A stretch of 64,000 nucleotides of DNA from Chrysomallon squamiferum (GCA_012295275.1 CM022667.1:14632001-14696000); one strand, 5' to 3'; positions 45,572 through 60,287 are shown, counted from the first letter of the stretch. A program made the numbers and translations. The notes: a model not told the origin generated them from the letters alone.

Positions 45572-46579
45572 ATTTTTAGAAACACATTACTTTGTGAGAC
45601 ATTGACATCAACGATTTTATGTAATCGCTTTAAAGAATAAACTATATCGAGTCTCACCTTTTAAAGTTTTCTATGAATAAATGATTACATTATTACATAA
45701 CGAATTGAATATCCGTTACGGTTGATAATGCAGGCTTATAATCGGTGTGGCTTGAAGTGCTGCAGTTTGCAGGATCAATTCTCCACGGTTCCACCTCTTT
45801 TTTAATCTCAAATTTTGGGCCAGTTTTTCTTTGCTGATTTATCAATAATTGTCGTATGTGCTTTTTTGTTTCTTGAGAATGTGAGTGTATGTGTGTAAAT
45901 GCGTGTATATGTGTGTGTGTCTGTGTTTAGATACAGGAATATAGCTGAAACTGATATCACTGAAGCGGGTTTCCTCTCGCCTGTTTTGATCAGATATAAA
46001 GACATAACACCGGGCACGCAACCTATAAATTTAAAAAAAGAAAGAAAAATAAAATAAAAATCTCATAAAAACAACATCAACGATAACAACGACAACAACC
46101 ATGCCAGCAACACGAGGAAGATATCATTATTTGATACTTATTGTGAACGCTCGGAAAAAAAAGAATTCCTTAGGTATTGTTAAAAAAGTATATAGATTCA
46201 TTCACTTGAAAAAAAAGAAAGAAAAAAAGAAGACATACATAGCGTTTATGAGATGATCAAGAAGTAGGTGACTTCCTTGTTACAGTTTCGTGATGGACAC
46301 TGCACAGAAACGTTGACAGCTGAAAATAAGATTTTACAATTTCATTCACCGTCTTGACAGATTATACACTAACAGTTTAATGTGACTGACAGTCGTATTA
46401 TCCAGACGCGATTGTCATTATAACGGTGAGGAGTTGATACTCACTTGTAAACACAGTTCTACAGACACGCACAAAGAGGACACACACGCAAACCCACACA
46501 CACACACAGCTACAGTTTGTTGTAAATACAATGCTAGTTTTACAGCTTATTAAAAATTTATATATTAATAATAATAATG

Positions 46580-46611
<32 letters not shown>

Positions 46612-49270
46612 GCTACTAATGTTTTAATAATTATAATAATGTATTTTGTTATCGATTTTTGTTTGAGTTAGTGATTTTGTTTTGTTATTAGTTTCGTTTT
46701 CTTCATTACTTGTCCTCCATCTTCTCCTTGTTATAATCATCAACACCATCATCATCATCATTAATATCATCATCATCATCATCATCATCGTCATCGTTAC
46801 TGTTCTTCGTCTTTTACTCTCTCTCTCTTTCTCTTGTTTTCTTTGTTTTTCTTTATTACTTTTCCTTCTTTCTTCATCGTTCTTTCATTTAATTCGTTTC
46901 CGTTTGTTCCATTCTTTTACTTTTCCTTTGTCCTCCCCATCTCTCTCTCTCTCTTTCATTCCTCTTCCTCCCCTCCCCCAATCCTCTTTATTCTTCGTCT
47001 TCTTCTCGTTATTGCTTTGTTTATTCCGACCAACGATGGCCGTGACATACGGAAAAAGAAAAAGAATACATTTTTTTTTTTTTTTCTTTTTTTCTTGTTG
47101 ACAAGCTCAACACTGATCGGCTCTCAGAGATCGACTCGGGAATTCTTTTTCCCTGCTATTTAAGAGAAACAGCGCGAGCCACCGTGACCCCCTATGCCTC
47201 AGATTTATCTCTTCTCAAAACAGACGGAAATGAATTGATACATCTTTGTCCCAAGTGAGAATGGCGTTAATTTACTCCCCCTGGCTTAGGCCGTGGCTGC
47301 TGCAGCAAGCCAACACTACAACAAATCCACTGCGAAGGATTTTTGTTTTTTAAATTTATTTTTAATTGTTAGGCTTTGTTTTGCGATTCCGCGTTCTGTT
47401 TTCTTTCCCATGGCGTGAACAGGAAAAGAAAACAACGTTTGAAGCTGGGCGGAATATCGATGACGTTTACCAAGACGTTACTTTTTTCTTCAGGTTTCTC
47501 CAGTCCGTGTTTTTATATTCTCAGTTCCATTTTTTTTTCTTTAATTTATTCTTTTCCCGTCTTTTTTTTTTTTCTCCTTATCGTTCTTTTAGTTTTTTTC
47601 TTACCTTTTTAAAAAAAAAAAAATTGGTATTTGTATTTCTTCATTTGTTACTCCTGTTTTAGGTCCGGAGTTCATACTTGTTTTCAAAATTTGTTTTCTT
47701 TTTTCTTTCATTATCGTTTCTTTTTTGTTTGCTTCTTTTTTTCTTTCTTTCTTTTTTTTTTTTTTTTTCTTCCAATTTCAAGTCCTTTTATTCTTATCTC
47801 GTTTATTGCTATTAAACCTTTTTTTTCTTTAAAATATATCTAATTTCTATAGTCATTTTTTTTTTTTTTTTTCACCCTGTAAATCAAAATAAAATGTGGA
47901 GATTACGCATAGAAAATATTATGGACGGAATTATCTGACATCACATCTCGGGTCATATTTCACTTGTGTCTGTTTTATTCCTTAACAAAACCAGGAAGAA
48001 ATTCTGTGTTAAACTCTTCGCACTTTATTAAACTCTTCTCCCAATGGAACACTTTATCTCCAGTAAATGTCTCTCTATTGGTGTAGACTTTGTGTTGAAT
48101 TAATTCGTTTTTCGCTTTATTCAGTGCAACGATGGTCTCATGACATAGTTTAAGTTTTTGAAACACTGAAGGAAACTCTCTAGATCTTGTCTTTCTCTCG
48201 TTTTCGACGTCACGGGAATTGTAATGTACAAGAAGTAAAAAAAAACTGTCACTCTTCCAGTGATTTATAGCGTCCATCATTCACTCACTAACACGTCTGT
48301 CTATTATATAACCCGAACCTTTTTAATTCATCTCCATCTCTAATTATCGTTAACTTAGAATCACCAGCTTTGTCATTAAATACGACAGTAACGCCTGTGT
48401 CTACGTTTAAATAGGTCTCTTTATGACCGTGCCAGATAAGCGCATACATTGCTTTTATTCAGACAATATTTAGTGAAGGGAAAGTTTTAGTTAGGACTGT
48501 TTTTATTTATGCATCCGCACAGATACCTACTTTTCTTTCTAAATATTATTAATGTATTAATGTCTTGCCTGAGTTCGCCTGTATTTGCATGTTTAATTTT
48601 AATGACATAATGTTTGTATAATTTATAATGGAATGCAGCATGTACGTGCAGCATTTCATTCGCGTAATGCTTGTACATTGACAATCAATCTCAGATCTGT
48701 TAAGATTCGTGTCTATTTTCATTAGCTTTACGTTTGCAAACTTCATTATTTTCTAAAGCTTTATTTTTGTTCGTGCTAAGGCATGTATCTTAACTTTATT
48801 ATCGTGAGTATGCATGCGTGTGTACCTATTATTTGCATTACGCTTTTATATTGACAACAGTATTAAATTCTGTTTATATTTGTGTGTGCATGAATGTGCA
48901 TCTTCATTCAGATATTGTTTACAGAAATGATTTTACACATAGGTTTTCTTTTATTCTTTTATGTTTGTGAGAATACATATGCATTTTCATTCACATGCTA
49001 TTTATAGCCCTAAATATACATCATAATAAAGGATGCTGCTAATAGAGAATGGATGTGAACATTTAATGTACATAATTAATGATATATTCCCAGGTGTATA
49101 TGAGTGTCTTTGTGTGTCTTTGTGTGTGTGCCTGTGTATGTCGATCTTAATATACAAACCAATAATCCTTTCGTTTTTTGCTTCTATTTTTAATACATTT
49201 TTGTATGTCAATAATCCTCATTATCGTCCTGTTCAATGAATCTCTGGTTGCTTTTATTTCTTGTTATTTT

Positions 49271-49386
<116 letters not shown>

Positions 49387-49480
49387 GTATAGAACCAAAC
49401 TGAACATACCATAAACATAATTACTTCAAACTACAATTTTCACTTCAAGGAAATCCTATATTTGATTTCTTGTGTTCTAG

Positions 49481-49664
49481 GTACTGAACAAATACGTTTC
49501 AACGACACACATCTGGGTCCATTCGTCAACGACAGCGTCATCACTGTCACGTACGAGGACGGACATTGGAGTCTGCCGTACTTCGACTGCGGCGGCGGAG
49601 ATATTTGGATGATGACGTACACGCTTCCATTTTTTGGTTACAAAGACGGAAACTTCAAATTCAA
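49481..49664 (+). CDS. GPR158-like: Coding exon 2: Cache domain core
   Basis: Acceptor tgtgttctAG and donor AA|GTGAGC, phase 1 to 2. Encodes (G)TEQIRFNDTHLGPFVNDSVITVTYEDGHWSLPYFDCGGGDIWMMTYTLPFFGYKDGNFKF(K). Confidence 0.93.
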
Positions 49665-50060
49665 GTGAGCAAATTATTATTTATAATTATAGTATTAGAT
49701 AATTAGTGTGAAATATTTTTTAACGTTATTATTGATTCATATTCATATTCATTACCATCTCCACCACGGATGATTTGATTCCGCCGAACTCAGATTTTGA
49801 TCTTTGATATTTCATTCAGTAATATTTTCACGACTAATAAACATAATGTACGTTGATGTTTTCTCATAAAAGCTCCCTAAAATAATTCCATTAATTTTAT
49901 TAATACAAAAATGTCATTAGTATTAAAGTTTTTTTGTTTTTTTTAAAGTAAATAAATGACTACTGGAGCAAAATTTTAAAATAATAATAATAATAGCAAC
50001 AATAATACTAGTACGAACCAATACAACTATTCTGGTACTACTGTTATTTTGCTACAATTG

Positions 50061-50128
<68 letters not shown>

Positions 50129-51694
50129 CAAACGAATGAATGAATGAATGAATGAATGAATAAATAAATAAATAAATAAACCAATCAGTTAATCGATATC
50201 AGTAAAATAATAAAAATGAAAATGAAGAAAATAATAATTCTGGATCATCATTTGCAAATACCAGCTGTACTTCTGATGAGTCTTGATAAAAATTGTTGCA
50301 TCTGTTTTTGTGTAAAACTTGTCAGTTTCCGTGTTCATCTCATGTTCGTCATACTATTTTTATATCTTTTTTATTTTTATATTATTATTTTTTTTTTTGT
50401 AAGGTTAAAAGTAAGCCTGCTATAAAGGTTCACTGTACTTCCCGAATTAGGTTTTTTTTTGCTGCGTATTTTAGGGTTTCCGTTAATTAAGTACGTTAAT
50501 ACATCGAAATCTGTATGTTAGCGGGTTAAAGAGAAGAAAATAAAGTGGGATAAGTTTTCAGTCTCTTGGTTCGAAAAGAAAAAAAAAACACATATATATA
50601 TATTGACACACACACAGACACACACACCTATACATACACACATACATACATACATACATATATACATACATATTTGATGCAAGGAGAAATCTTAGTGAAT
50701 GTATCTTTTGGGTTATTTCCAAATCCAGAGTGTTTATCTGTATGCTACGCTCTCTATGGGAAAATGTGCTTAAAATATTTACTGCTATTCAGCAACAGTT
50801 TCATTTAGAGTTCGATAAGGAAAAAGAAGACGAAAAAGAAGATGGCAATGAGCAACAAGAACATGAAATAGTGATAACATCTCTGCATAATAATTTGACT
50901 CATTCGTTCTCATCTTCTCGTAAATATTGAACAGAACACATAGACACACATACATACATACATACACAGAAACAACCAGAAACAACAACACAAAACAAAA
51001 ACCAAAAAAATAACCAAATACAAAAGTGCTTAAAAAATACAAAAAATAAGCGAAAAATAAAACAAAACAAACAAACAAAACAACAACAATAGTTAAAATA
51101 AATAAATAAGTAAATAAAAAAATAAAAAAATAAAATTCATATCATAACACTATTGCCAGTAGCGTGCGTTCGGTCTGGTGATCGTCCTCGGTTTGGATCT
51201 AGGTCAAAACGAGGAGCTCTTTCTTCGCGATTTATGTCGCTGTTGACAGAGTTATTAGCCCCTGGTCTAGCACGGTACAGTGATCCGAGTGATTTTGAGA
51301 TCAAACGACATTGAAACCATCTCGTGTCTGTCTTATACCTTAATACATTCATTCTATAATTGCATCCCGCGTGCATTGTCAGATAAAGGTGCGATCACAC
51401 TCAAGGACTGATAATAATCACTTGAATAGGTTTAACCGCTTGGTATGGTTAAACATGCTGCATTTATGAAACTGTAAATAAGCAACCAAACCAAAGAAAT
51501 ACAAATAAAATATATAAAATAAAAAAAAAAAAAAAAAAATAAAAAAAAAAAAAAAAAAATATAAATATATAAACTATTTATTTATTTGTTTATTTATTTA
51601 TCTAGTCAGTTGTTTAATTGTTTGTTTATTTGTACTTTCTGTTCCCTCTTTTAAATTTCATAAATATATATTAGAGAGACGAAGTGGGGGAGAG

Positions 51695-51761
<67 letters not shown>

Positions 51762-52117
51762 ATAATCCTAAACATTAACTGATCTGTTAATTCATTAACT
51801 CACTCTTCTTCAAATCGTTACAATCAGTCGCGGCGTCTGAACGCACCTCTAGCGACAGATTCAAAACGTACTGACCTAAATACTCCAATCCCACATGGGA
51901 TTCCAACAGACACTGAAGATTTTCCGAGGAGGTCTGGGACCATTAGCTGGCACTCTTGAGGATAATCCCTTGATAGCTGGGAAGAAACAGAAACGGCAAC
52001 GGTCTGTTTCTGTAAATGCTGGAGTGCATTATTCTCATGAAAACTAGGACTTAACCGCAGAATCACGTGGTCTGTGAAATCATCGATATCTGCCGCCCCC
52101 GTTCCCAGTTTGCTTGT

Positions 52118-52445
52118 AGACAGATGTATCGTAGTGAAGACATGAGTTGACAAAATATCATCTGTCAAAATGTCTGGATAAAATGTCAACAGATTAAATA
52201 TGAGAGAACATATGTCAGTGGTCAGAATGTCGCAGGGCAAATCGTCTAGTCACAGTGTTTGAAAAAACAAAACCAAAAACCAAAAAAAACAAAAAACAAT
52301 CAAATGTCCGAGTATTACAGGGAGTACAATATCAGTGGTACAAATATCACTAAACACAATGCCGATGGTGAAAATGTTAACGGTGAAAATCTGAGTGGTA
52401 CAAATATTAACAAGTAAAGATTATTCAGCTAGAAATGTTAGACCA
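52118..52445. repeat. Degenerate ~15-bp tandem repeat (AAAT(G/A)TCAGTGGT(A)C-like), possibly internal/subterminal repeats of an old non-autonomous DNA transposon
   Basis: Units include aatatcagtggtaca, aatatcactaaacac, aatgccgatggtgaa, aatgttaacggtgaa, aatctgagtggtaca. The array is interrupted by an A-rich run at 52261-52300. Confidence 0.6.
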
Positions 52446-52673
52446 TTAAAAGCAGGCAAATGTTTTATTACACTTTCCACATATCTTCTTAGTACCAACA
52501 GTATCTGCGTCCATGGAGAAAGAAATATATACTACTAATATTACTACTACTACCACTACATCTACTACTACAACAACTACTACTACCACTACTTGTACTA
52601 CTACTAATACTTCTATTACTGCTGCTGCTGCTATAACAACAACTACTACTACTAATAATAATAATAATAACCA

Positions 52674-52732
<59 letters not shown>

Positions 52733-54184
52733 ATTAATAAATTAAAATAACATTTCACATTCATATTTAGCCAGTAACGGTCTAACCATCTAACCATCCA
52801 TCCACAGCCATAAGCACGTCACTCTAAACGTAAAAATTTTAACATGGAAAGAAAATGTTTCAGGGTTAGAAACCGCAGATAAAATAATCAACCTATTTAA
52901 CCAATGATTAAAGACCATACTCAATATAATTATGTTTTTTTCTCGGTCAATGAATTCTTATCTCTCTCGATAGCCCTGTAATTTCTCCCCTCCTCTTCAC
53001 CCAATAAAAACCTCTTTGCCATCTCGCTCAGCAAACATCCTTTACTTCTTTGTAAATAACCGTCATTGCTTTATATGTCCACTAACCGCATCTGCCGTCT
53101 TCAGAAGTGAGCCTAATCAGTTCAGTGAATGAATAAACGTGTGAATAAATAAGCGAATTAATGAATAATCTTGCTCATCTGCTCTTCAGCAGCTTCTTGT
53201 ATTGAAGTTGTAAGAAGTTATAATGCGGTACTCGAATGAATGAATGTTTAATGACAATCTAGAACGAAAAACATGTCGGTTATTGGTGTCAAACGAAAGG
53301 TAAACACAACAACAAAAACACAAATATATATATAAATATAAATATAATGGTACACGAAGAAAATCATTGCTGACATTTGATGGCATATTCTTGAAAATAA
53401 AACGCAAGTGCTGGCCTTTTATACCCATCTTCACACAGGGAATTTAATACCATTCTACCTCACAGAAGACACGACTTTGTCTTTGATATAACAGGTGTGG
53501 GGAAATCGTCTGGAAAGGGGAAACATCTGCAAAGACCCCGTTGAGAAGGATTGATCCGGCGGCTGTCGGTTCTCGGAGCAGCTCTGTTTGTTACTGTAAT
53601 TGTGGAGCGAGCGATCTGGAAGAGTGTTTAATGTCAAGGAGAATTTCCAAGGTTTCTTTAATCAATCAAGTCTGTGATTAGAAATTATTCGCGGTTAAAA
53701 GAACAGTGTTGAGAAGAAGACATAAGTACGAAAGAAAAAAAAAATGTGATGAAAGAGAGAGAACAACAAAATTCGACATTAAGTAGTAGTAATGACAGTA
53801 GTATTAGTAGGAGTAGTAGTAGTAGTAATCGTAGTAGTAATCGTTGTAGTAACAGTAGTAGTAATAGTAGTAATTGCCGCTGGTAGCAGTAGTAGTAGTA
53901 ATAGTAGTGGTCGTAAGTTGTAGTAATAGTGATAGTAACAAAACTAGTACTAGTAGCAATTATAGAGGTAGAATAGTAATAGTAATAAAACTAGTACTAG
54001 TAGCAATAATAGAGGTAGTAATAGTAATAGTAGTAACTGTAATTGTAGTAATAGTAATAGTAATAGTAGTAACTGTAATTGTAGTAATAGTAATTAGCAG
54101 TAGTTATGGTAGTAGTAGTAGTTATTGCTGTTTTAACAACAACAACAATAACAGCAGCAGCAACAACATCAGCAGCAGAAGCAG

Positions 54185-54215
<31 letters not shown>

Positions 54216-55396
54216 AATAATAATAAACCAACAAAAACAATTTAAAAAACCCAAAAAACACCCTCACTTTATCAATAAACATTCTTTTACTATAACTCAT
54301 ACAGACCCGGCAAACTACATGAGCAGAAGAACTGTTCCTGACATTTCAGTTTTTATTTATTTATTTTATTTCTCTTATTAAAACAATTTTAAAGATTTCC
54401 GATTATCTGGTCAGCAAGTTGGAATCAGCTGACGCTGGGTTGCCAGCCAGACTAATCGCATATACTTTCTGCGATGACACAAACTAGTCTGCGGGATGGA
54501 TGATGTATATTTTCATCATGACATTTTGTTCCGAAAGATTATATAACAGCGTCTTAACACTGTCGGCTTAAGCTGCAACTCTGATGGGTCTTCTTGAGCT
54601 TAATAAGTCAGGTTAAAGCGCAGAAGAGATTGTGTACAAATCATATACTATAATCAATCGATGAACCATCAGAACTGCGGTTTCCGTTCGTTAAAAGATT
54701 CCAGTCGCCCATGGTAACACAGAAATAGGCGATGGTTGCCTTTCCTGGCCATTGAAAATGACGTGAAGTCAAGTTAGAAAATGTTTGGTTTCTTTGAAGA
54801 AAAAATTCACAGCAGATAGTGTTAGCAGGATGGTGAATTAATAGGTGTTTAAATTCAAGTACGCCCAAGTATGTTTGACTTGGCTACGCTAAACAAGAAA
54901 CGTTTAGCGTGTGGGAATATGAGTAGGTGGATTACTGTATGATGGTCGTAATTGACAACAATATCATTAGATCTGGGTAGGGACAAATATGCAGTAGTAA
55001 TGGTAGTAGTAGTAGCAGTAGTAGTAGTAGTAGAAGTAGTAGTAGTAGTAGTAATAGTAGATTATAAATGTAATAATAATGGCTGTGGTTGTGGTGATGG
55101 TGACATACTAGCTGCAGTAGTATTAGAAGAAATAATTATGGCTTTGTAATAGTGGTAGTATCAGTCGTAGTGGCATTAACATCAGCAACAACAACAACAG
55201 CAGAGCCAGCAGCAAAAGCACCAGATGTAGTATCGGTGGCAGTAGTAGCAGTTATTCCAGTCTTTTGTCCCATGCAACAATATAACTTTTCTTTTTCCCT
55301 TTTTGATTTTCTGTAATATAGAGCAGCAGCATAATAAACAATATTTTAAGTAAAAATTATCTGCTCTGACATAAGCACATGTTACTGTTTTCACAG

Positions 55397-55526
55397 AGGT
55401 ACGAGCGGCATTGACATAGATTTACAGAAGGTAGACATAAACCAGTGTCCTCAGGATCCCGAAGAGGCGAAGATTTCACCTAACGTCTTCGCTGGTTCTC
55501 ACCGCTGCAAGAACACAACCACGAAG
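55397..55526 (+). CDS. GPR158-like: Coding exon 3: end of Cache domain and start of EGF-like region
   Basis: Acceptor ttttcacAG and donor AAG|GTAAAA, phase 2 to 0. Encodes (K)GTSGIDIDLQKVDINQCPQDPEEAKISPNVFAGSHRCKNTTTK. Not in the supplied ORF track. Confidence 0.93.
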
Positions 55527-55992
55527 GTAAAACAGTTGTCTACATTTTTAATAATTATTACTCTGTTAGAAGGGCCATAATTATATACATCTGCAAGTAT
55601 TTCTGTGTTTAGTTTTCTCTTTAACTGCATGCCTGTCTAATTACGTATATTTATCTGTTTTATCTTTCTTTCTCTGCATCTCTTTTTTCATTTTCTACAT
55701 GTTTCTCAGACAAGCGTATATAAGTGTATGTGTTAGTTTTAGCAAATACATATGTATTATTATATATGTATATAGTATGTGTGTATGTGTAACGAACGAA
55801 AGTATATATGTATGTTTATACGTTTATCTCTGTTAGTATAAGTGTATATGTGTATTTATAAGTATACATGAATGAACGTAATTCTGTAGTTCGCATAAAG
55901 CATGTACAAATGTTATAAAGATAAAATATGTCTAAGACTGAATCTAGATTCCTGCCTATCTATTTAAATTTTTGTAATTTTCTTTTTCACAG

Positions 55993-56136
55993 TGTATCGA
56001 GATATCTGGACTTGGTTTCAAGCGAGGATCGTACAAATGTGTATGCAAAGATGGATTCTATTTTCCTAAGGTTAACGCACAAGATCGTTATTTCAAAGGA
56101 ACTGACGTAGAAGCCGAATTTGCTCTAAAGAGAAAG
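55993..56136 (+). CDS. GPR158-like: Coding exon 4: EGF-like domain
   Basis: Acceptor tctttttcacAG and donor AAG|GTAATT, phase 0-0. Encodes CIEISGLGFKRGSYKCVCKDGFYFPKVNAQDRYFKGTDVEAEFALKRK. Confidence 0.93.
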
Positions 56137-56279
56137 GTAATTAAGCTGACGTAATAAACAACGTAATCTTCAGATTCACTTACTAGAGTCTTTATGATGT
56201 CAGTATTAGAGATAACGTGACGCCTGATAACTTAATTCTAATACATCTTCACACATATACATACATAGATAAATAGAAC

Positions 56280-56355
<76 letters not shown>

Positions 56356-57458
56356 CCCTCCCTCTCACACGTATATATAAGTATGTATGTGTTTATGTGT
56401 GTGTATGTATGTATGTATGTATATATATATATGTATGTATGTCTGTGTTTGTATGCATGTATGTGTATCTATATATATAAATGTGTGTATGTGTATAACA
56501 TTTATAAAGATAGATAAATTAAAAGATAAAAAGGCATTAGAGAGATAATTATATTTGCTTGTGACAACGAGGTTAAGCTGGCATATGCTCAACCTACTAA
56601 GAAAAAAAAACGAAAAAAAAAACGAAAAAAAAATCTATATATATACAACTGCATTCATAACTTTATCATTTTAATGTATGAAACTACCTATTATATATCA
56701 AGCATGCACAAGCATGCTTTTAACATTTCCTCCTGTCATTCAGAAATCTTATTTATTAAGTTTCTTTATTGTCGACAGAGTCTGGTTATTCTGATCCTTA
56801 CACCTATATTGTTTCTAATAGACACATTATGCTTTACGGTAGTAAATAGTCTTTAGGAGAAACCAAAAGAAGATTATACGTTTGACGTAGAAGAGTTCGA
56901 ACAAGTTTATAGTATAGAAAATACTGAACATCTCTACTGAATTCAACGATCCTGTAAAAGAAGCTTTTTGTTTTCCTTTACTGAAGAGTTTATTTCATTA
57001 ATTGCGTCCGCTTTTCTGCTGGCGTATTTGTATTTAAAATTTAAAACTGAACTGCTTGTGATCAATAATTTTATACTTAGATCTTCATCATTTATTAAAG
57101 CACACTGTTTAGATAAGTTTAAATATAGCATTTCATTATTTCAACGTTAAAATGGTTATACGAAAAAGGAATGTGAAAAAAAAAAAGAAGTTAAAAAATA
57201 ATAAACAAATGAAGAGTGCAAAGAAGGAAACGAAAAAGAAGAAGAAGAAGAAGAAAAAGAATTACTGTTAAAAAAATTTCATATATTTCTAATTTCTAAG
57301 CAATGGTTAATACATGTTATTAATAACCCATATTACACTATGTATATAATTGTTGGAATGTATTGTTTATATATAGATAAGTAAGCGCAGTTTTTATCTT
57401 CGCATCATGTCACTTGTTATACGTAGCCCAGTGTGGTTTTATACATGTAACCTATAAT

Positions 57459-57490
<32 letters not shown>

Positions 57491-57569
57491 CCATCATTAT
57501 TATCGTCTTTATGACGCCAAAGCTTTGTCATTTCCGTGTATTAACATTTCATTATTTTCTCTTTTTTTC

Positions 57570-57724
57570 TCTTTCAATTTTCTTTTCTGTACCATTAAAA
57601 AATAAAAATAAATAATAACTTTATGTACATAAATCTCTCTGTTTCTCTTTAAATTTTCTTTTCTGTATCATTAAAAAATAAAAATAAATAATAACTTTAT
57701 GTGTATAAATCTCTCTGTGTCTCT
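57570..57724. repeat. Recent tandem duplication, 76-bp period, 2 copies
   Basis: AATTTTCTTTTCTGTA(C/T)CATTAAAAAATAAAAATAAATAATAACTTTATGT..ATAAATCTCTCTGT occurs at 57576 and 57652. Confidence 0.9.
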
Positions 57725-58192
57725 CAAATACTAACTACGTGTCTTTTACGGGATCGTTCAATTCGAAAGAGATTCTTGTTATTTTCTTGGCTATGAACTA
57801 GTTTGAACTCTGCCTCCTCAGACTGTAATCTTCTTTTTCCAAAGGCTATTGCCTAAGCCATAAAGAAAATGTGTCTGTTAGAAATAATATAGGTCTGAAA
57901 AAGAGAATAGCCAGACTCGATCGACGGTAAAGAAGCTAATAAATTAGAAGTCTGAAAGGAAGGAATATAATGTTGAAAGCATGCTTATACAAGTGCTAAA
58001 TATGATATGTAGTTTTGTACTTTAGATATTTTTCTTTTGTTTCTTTCTTTAATTGTTTCCTTAATATTTTTCTTTACTTTCTTTCTTCTTGTTGGCTGAG
58101 CATATGCCAATTTGACTTCGTTGTCACATGTTGATATAACTGATTCCTTCTGTATCTCTGTCTGTCTTTATTTTATACAAGCAGCGCATACG

Positions 58193-58264
<72 letters not shown>

Positions 58265-58539
58265 GTCTCTGTCTGTCTCTGACTCTGTCTCTCTCTCTTT
58301 GTCTAAGACACACACATATATCTATAAATACAGACATATATACATCTTATCAACATTGATATATAAAGAAATGAACTAATCAAAAATAAAATTTTAATAA
58401 AACTGTGCTATGAAAACATTTATATTTTATTTTTCAACAGTTCAGATATTAACTCTGTGATGTTAAGGATTGAATTATAAAATATTAATACTACTGTGCA
58501 GTGAACTCATCATTTTATTTTCTGTTTTCTTCATAACAG

Positions 58540-58734
58540 GGACAACCGAACAACTACGACAACGGCTTCGAGTGTTTGCGGTGTGCGCCCGGTTGTGACA
58601 CGTGTGTTGACTCGAGTCCCTGCATCATCTCCTTAAACTGGCTGCAGCGGTCAATCGAACTCGCTGTGTCCTGCCTAATCATGTGTTTCATCCCCATACT
58701 CGCCTGGTTCACGGTGCAGTACCGTGACGTCAAG
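58540..58734 (+). CDS. GPR158-like: Coding exon 5: Cys-rich stalk and TM1
   Basis: Acceptor ttttcttcataacAG and donor AAG|GTAATA, phase 0-0. Encodes GQPNNYDNGFECLRCAPGCDTCVDSSPCIISLNWLQRSIELAVSCLIMCFIPILAWFTVQYRDVK. Confidence 0.93.
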
Positions 58735-58971
58735 GTAATAGTTTGTTTCTGTGCGTGAGTGCGTGTGTGTGTGCATGTGTGTATGTGTTTATGTGTGTAT
58801 GTGTGTGTAAATGGCTTAATAATAGCCCAGACGAATGGATAAATACACTGGTATATGTTTTGAATGTACCAATTTTTCTAGCTCGCTGTATGTCTCTTTT
58901 TCCATCTATCTCTGTGCAAACAGCCAGATTGCAGAGTTAGCTAGATACATACAAAGAAAAACAAAGAGAGA

Positions 58972-59105
<134 letters not shown>

Positions 59106-59453
59106 GTACTCTAAAGCTTACCATTACAGACATAAAACATATTTCTTGTGGTATTTATACCTTCATGGAGATTATGAATAAACCATAAATTATTTTTCAT
59201 CATAATTCACTTAATCATTTGTCTGAAGCATTTCTATGCGATAGAAATCACTCAAGACAAACTCCTTTGATCTTCACGTGAAATGAAAAAAAGGAAATTC
59301 CCAATGACAGATCGAAAGTGATAAAGTAAAAGATTTATCACAGTTCTGTTTCATCTCTGGAGATATTTATTTTCAAGTCCACTGTAAACAACACGTGTCT
59401 TTCCGAAGTGGATCGTTAAAAATTAATGATTTTCAAATAGCCTTGATGTCGCG

Positions 59454-59590
59454 TTACGTTACATGTCTGCTGTACTACGTTACGTATATGTTGTATTTAC
59501 GTTACACGTATGTTGTATTTACGTTACGCACATGGTGTGTTTACGTTACGAGTATGTTGCATTACGTTAAATGTCTTTGCATTACGTTTC
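59454..59590. repeat. ~22-bp minisatellite with a TTACGTTAC core, ~6.5 units
   Basis: Units start at 59454, 59475, 59497, 59519, 59541, 59562 and 59582, e.g. ttacgttacacgtatgttgtat. Confidence 0.85.
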
Positions 59591-60207
59591 ACTGGATAAA
59601 GAATACGTTGCATTTTGTTATTTATGTATAGTATTTCAACCATAATAATGTACCCACAGCATGTGGCGTATTGCATTTCACTAATCAGTTTTGAAAAATT
59701 TTAGCGCTCGTAAACAAAATTTGATTAAGAAAACAAAGGGAAACTAATTTGTTTTTCTCTAAGCAGAAGCTACTTAAATGACGTTCTGTGTCCTTTGGTG
59801 AGAATGGAATCCTCCCGAATGTTACACATCCCATTTGTTACAAACTCGATTGTTGTGTTTTTGTATATTTTTTTTTTTTTCAAATCACGTTTTGCGAATT
59901 TCTCCAGTCAATGGATTTATGAAAAAAAAGGCAATTTTACAAAGTAGAATAATACTTGTTTGTGTTGTTAAGAATCTCTTGTTTGAGTGTTTGTGTCTCT
60001 GTTAATGGCATCGAGTGCTGAAAATAACTCTCACGTTGCAGTAAACAGATAATGAACTAAAACATTAAAACGATATTACTGCCGCGGATGCGGGTTTGAC
60101 TTTAATACAGACGAAACACGTGGCTCTTTAAGAGTTTAGTGGTCTGTTGGGACGAAATACTAAATCACAATTTCCGTGGATCTCCGTCAGCCGTGCGTTA
60201 TGATAGA

Positions 60208-60287
<80 letters not shown>

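Noticed and set aside
51824-52240. 138-aa minus-strand ORF with DILT-type repeats
   Set aside because: Explained by the 15-bp DNA repeat. It has no ATG start, domain or splice support.
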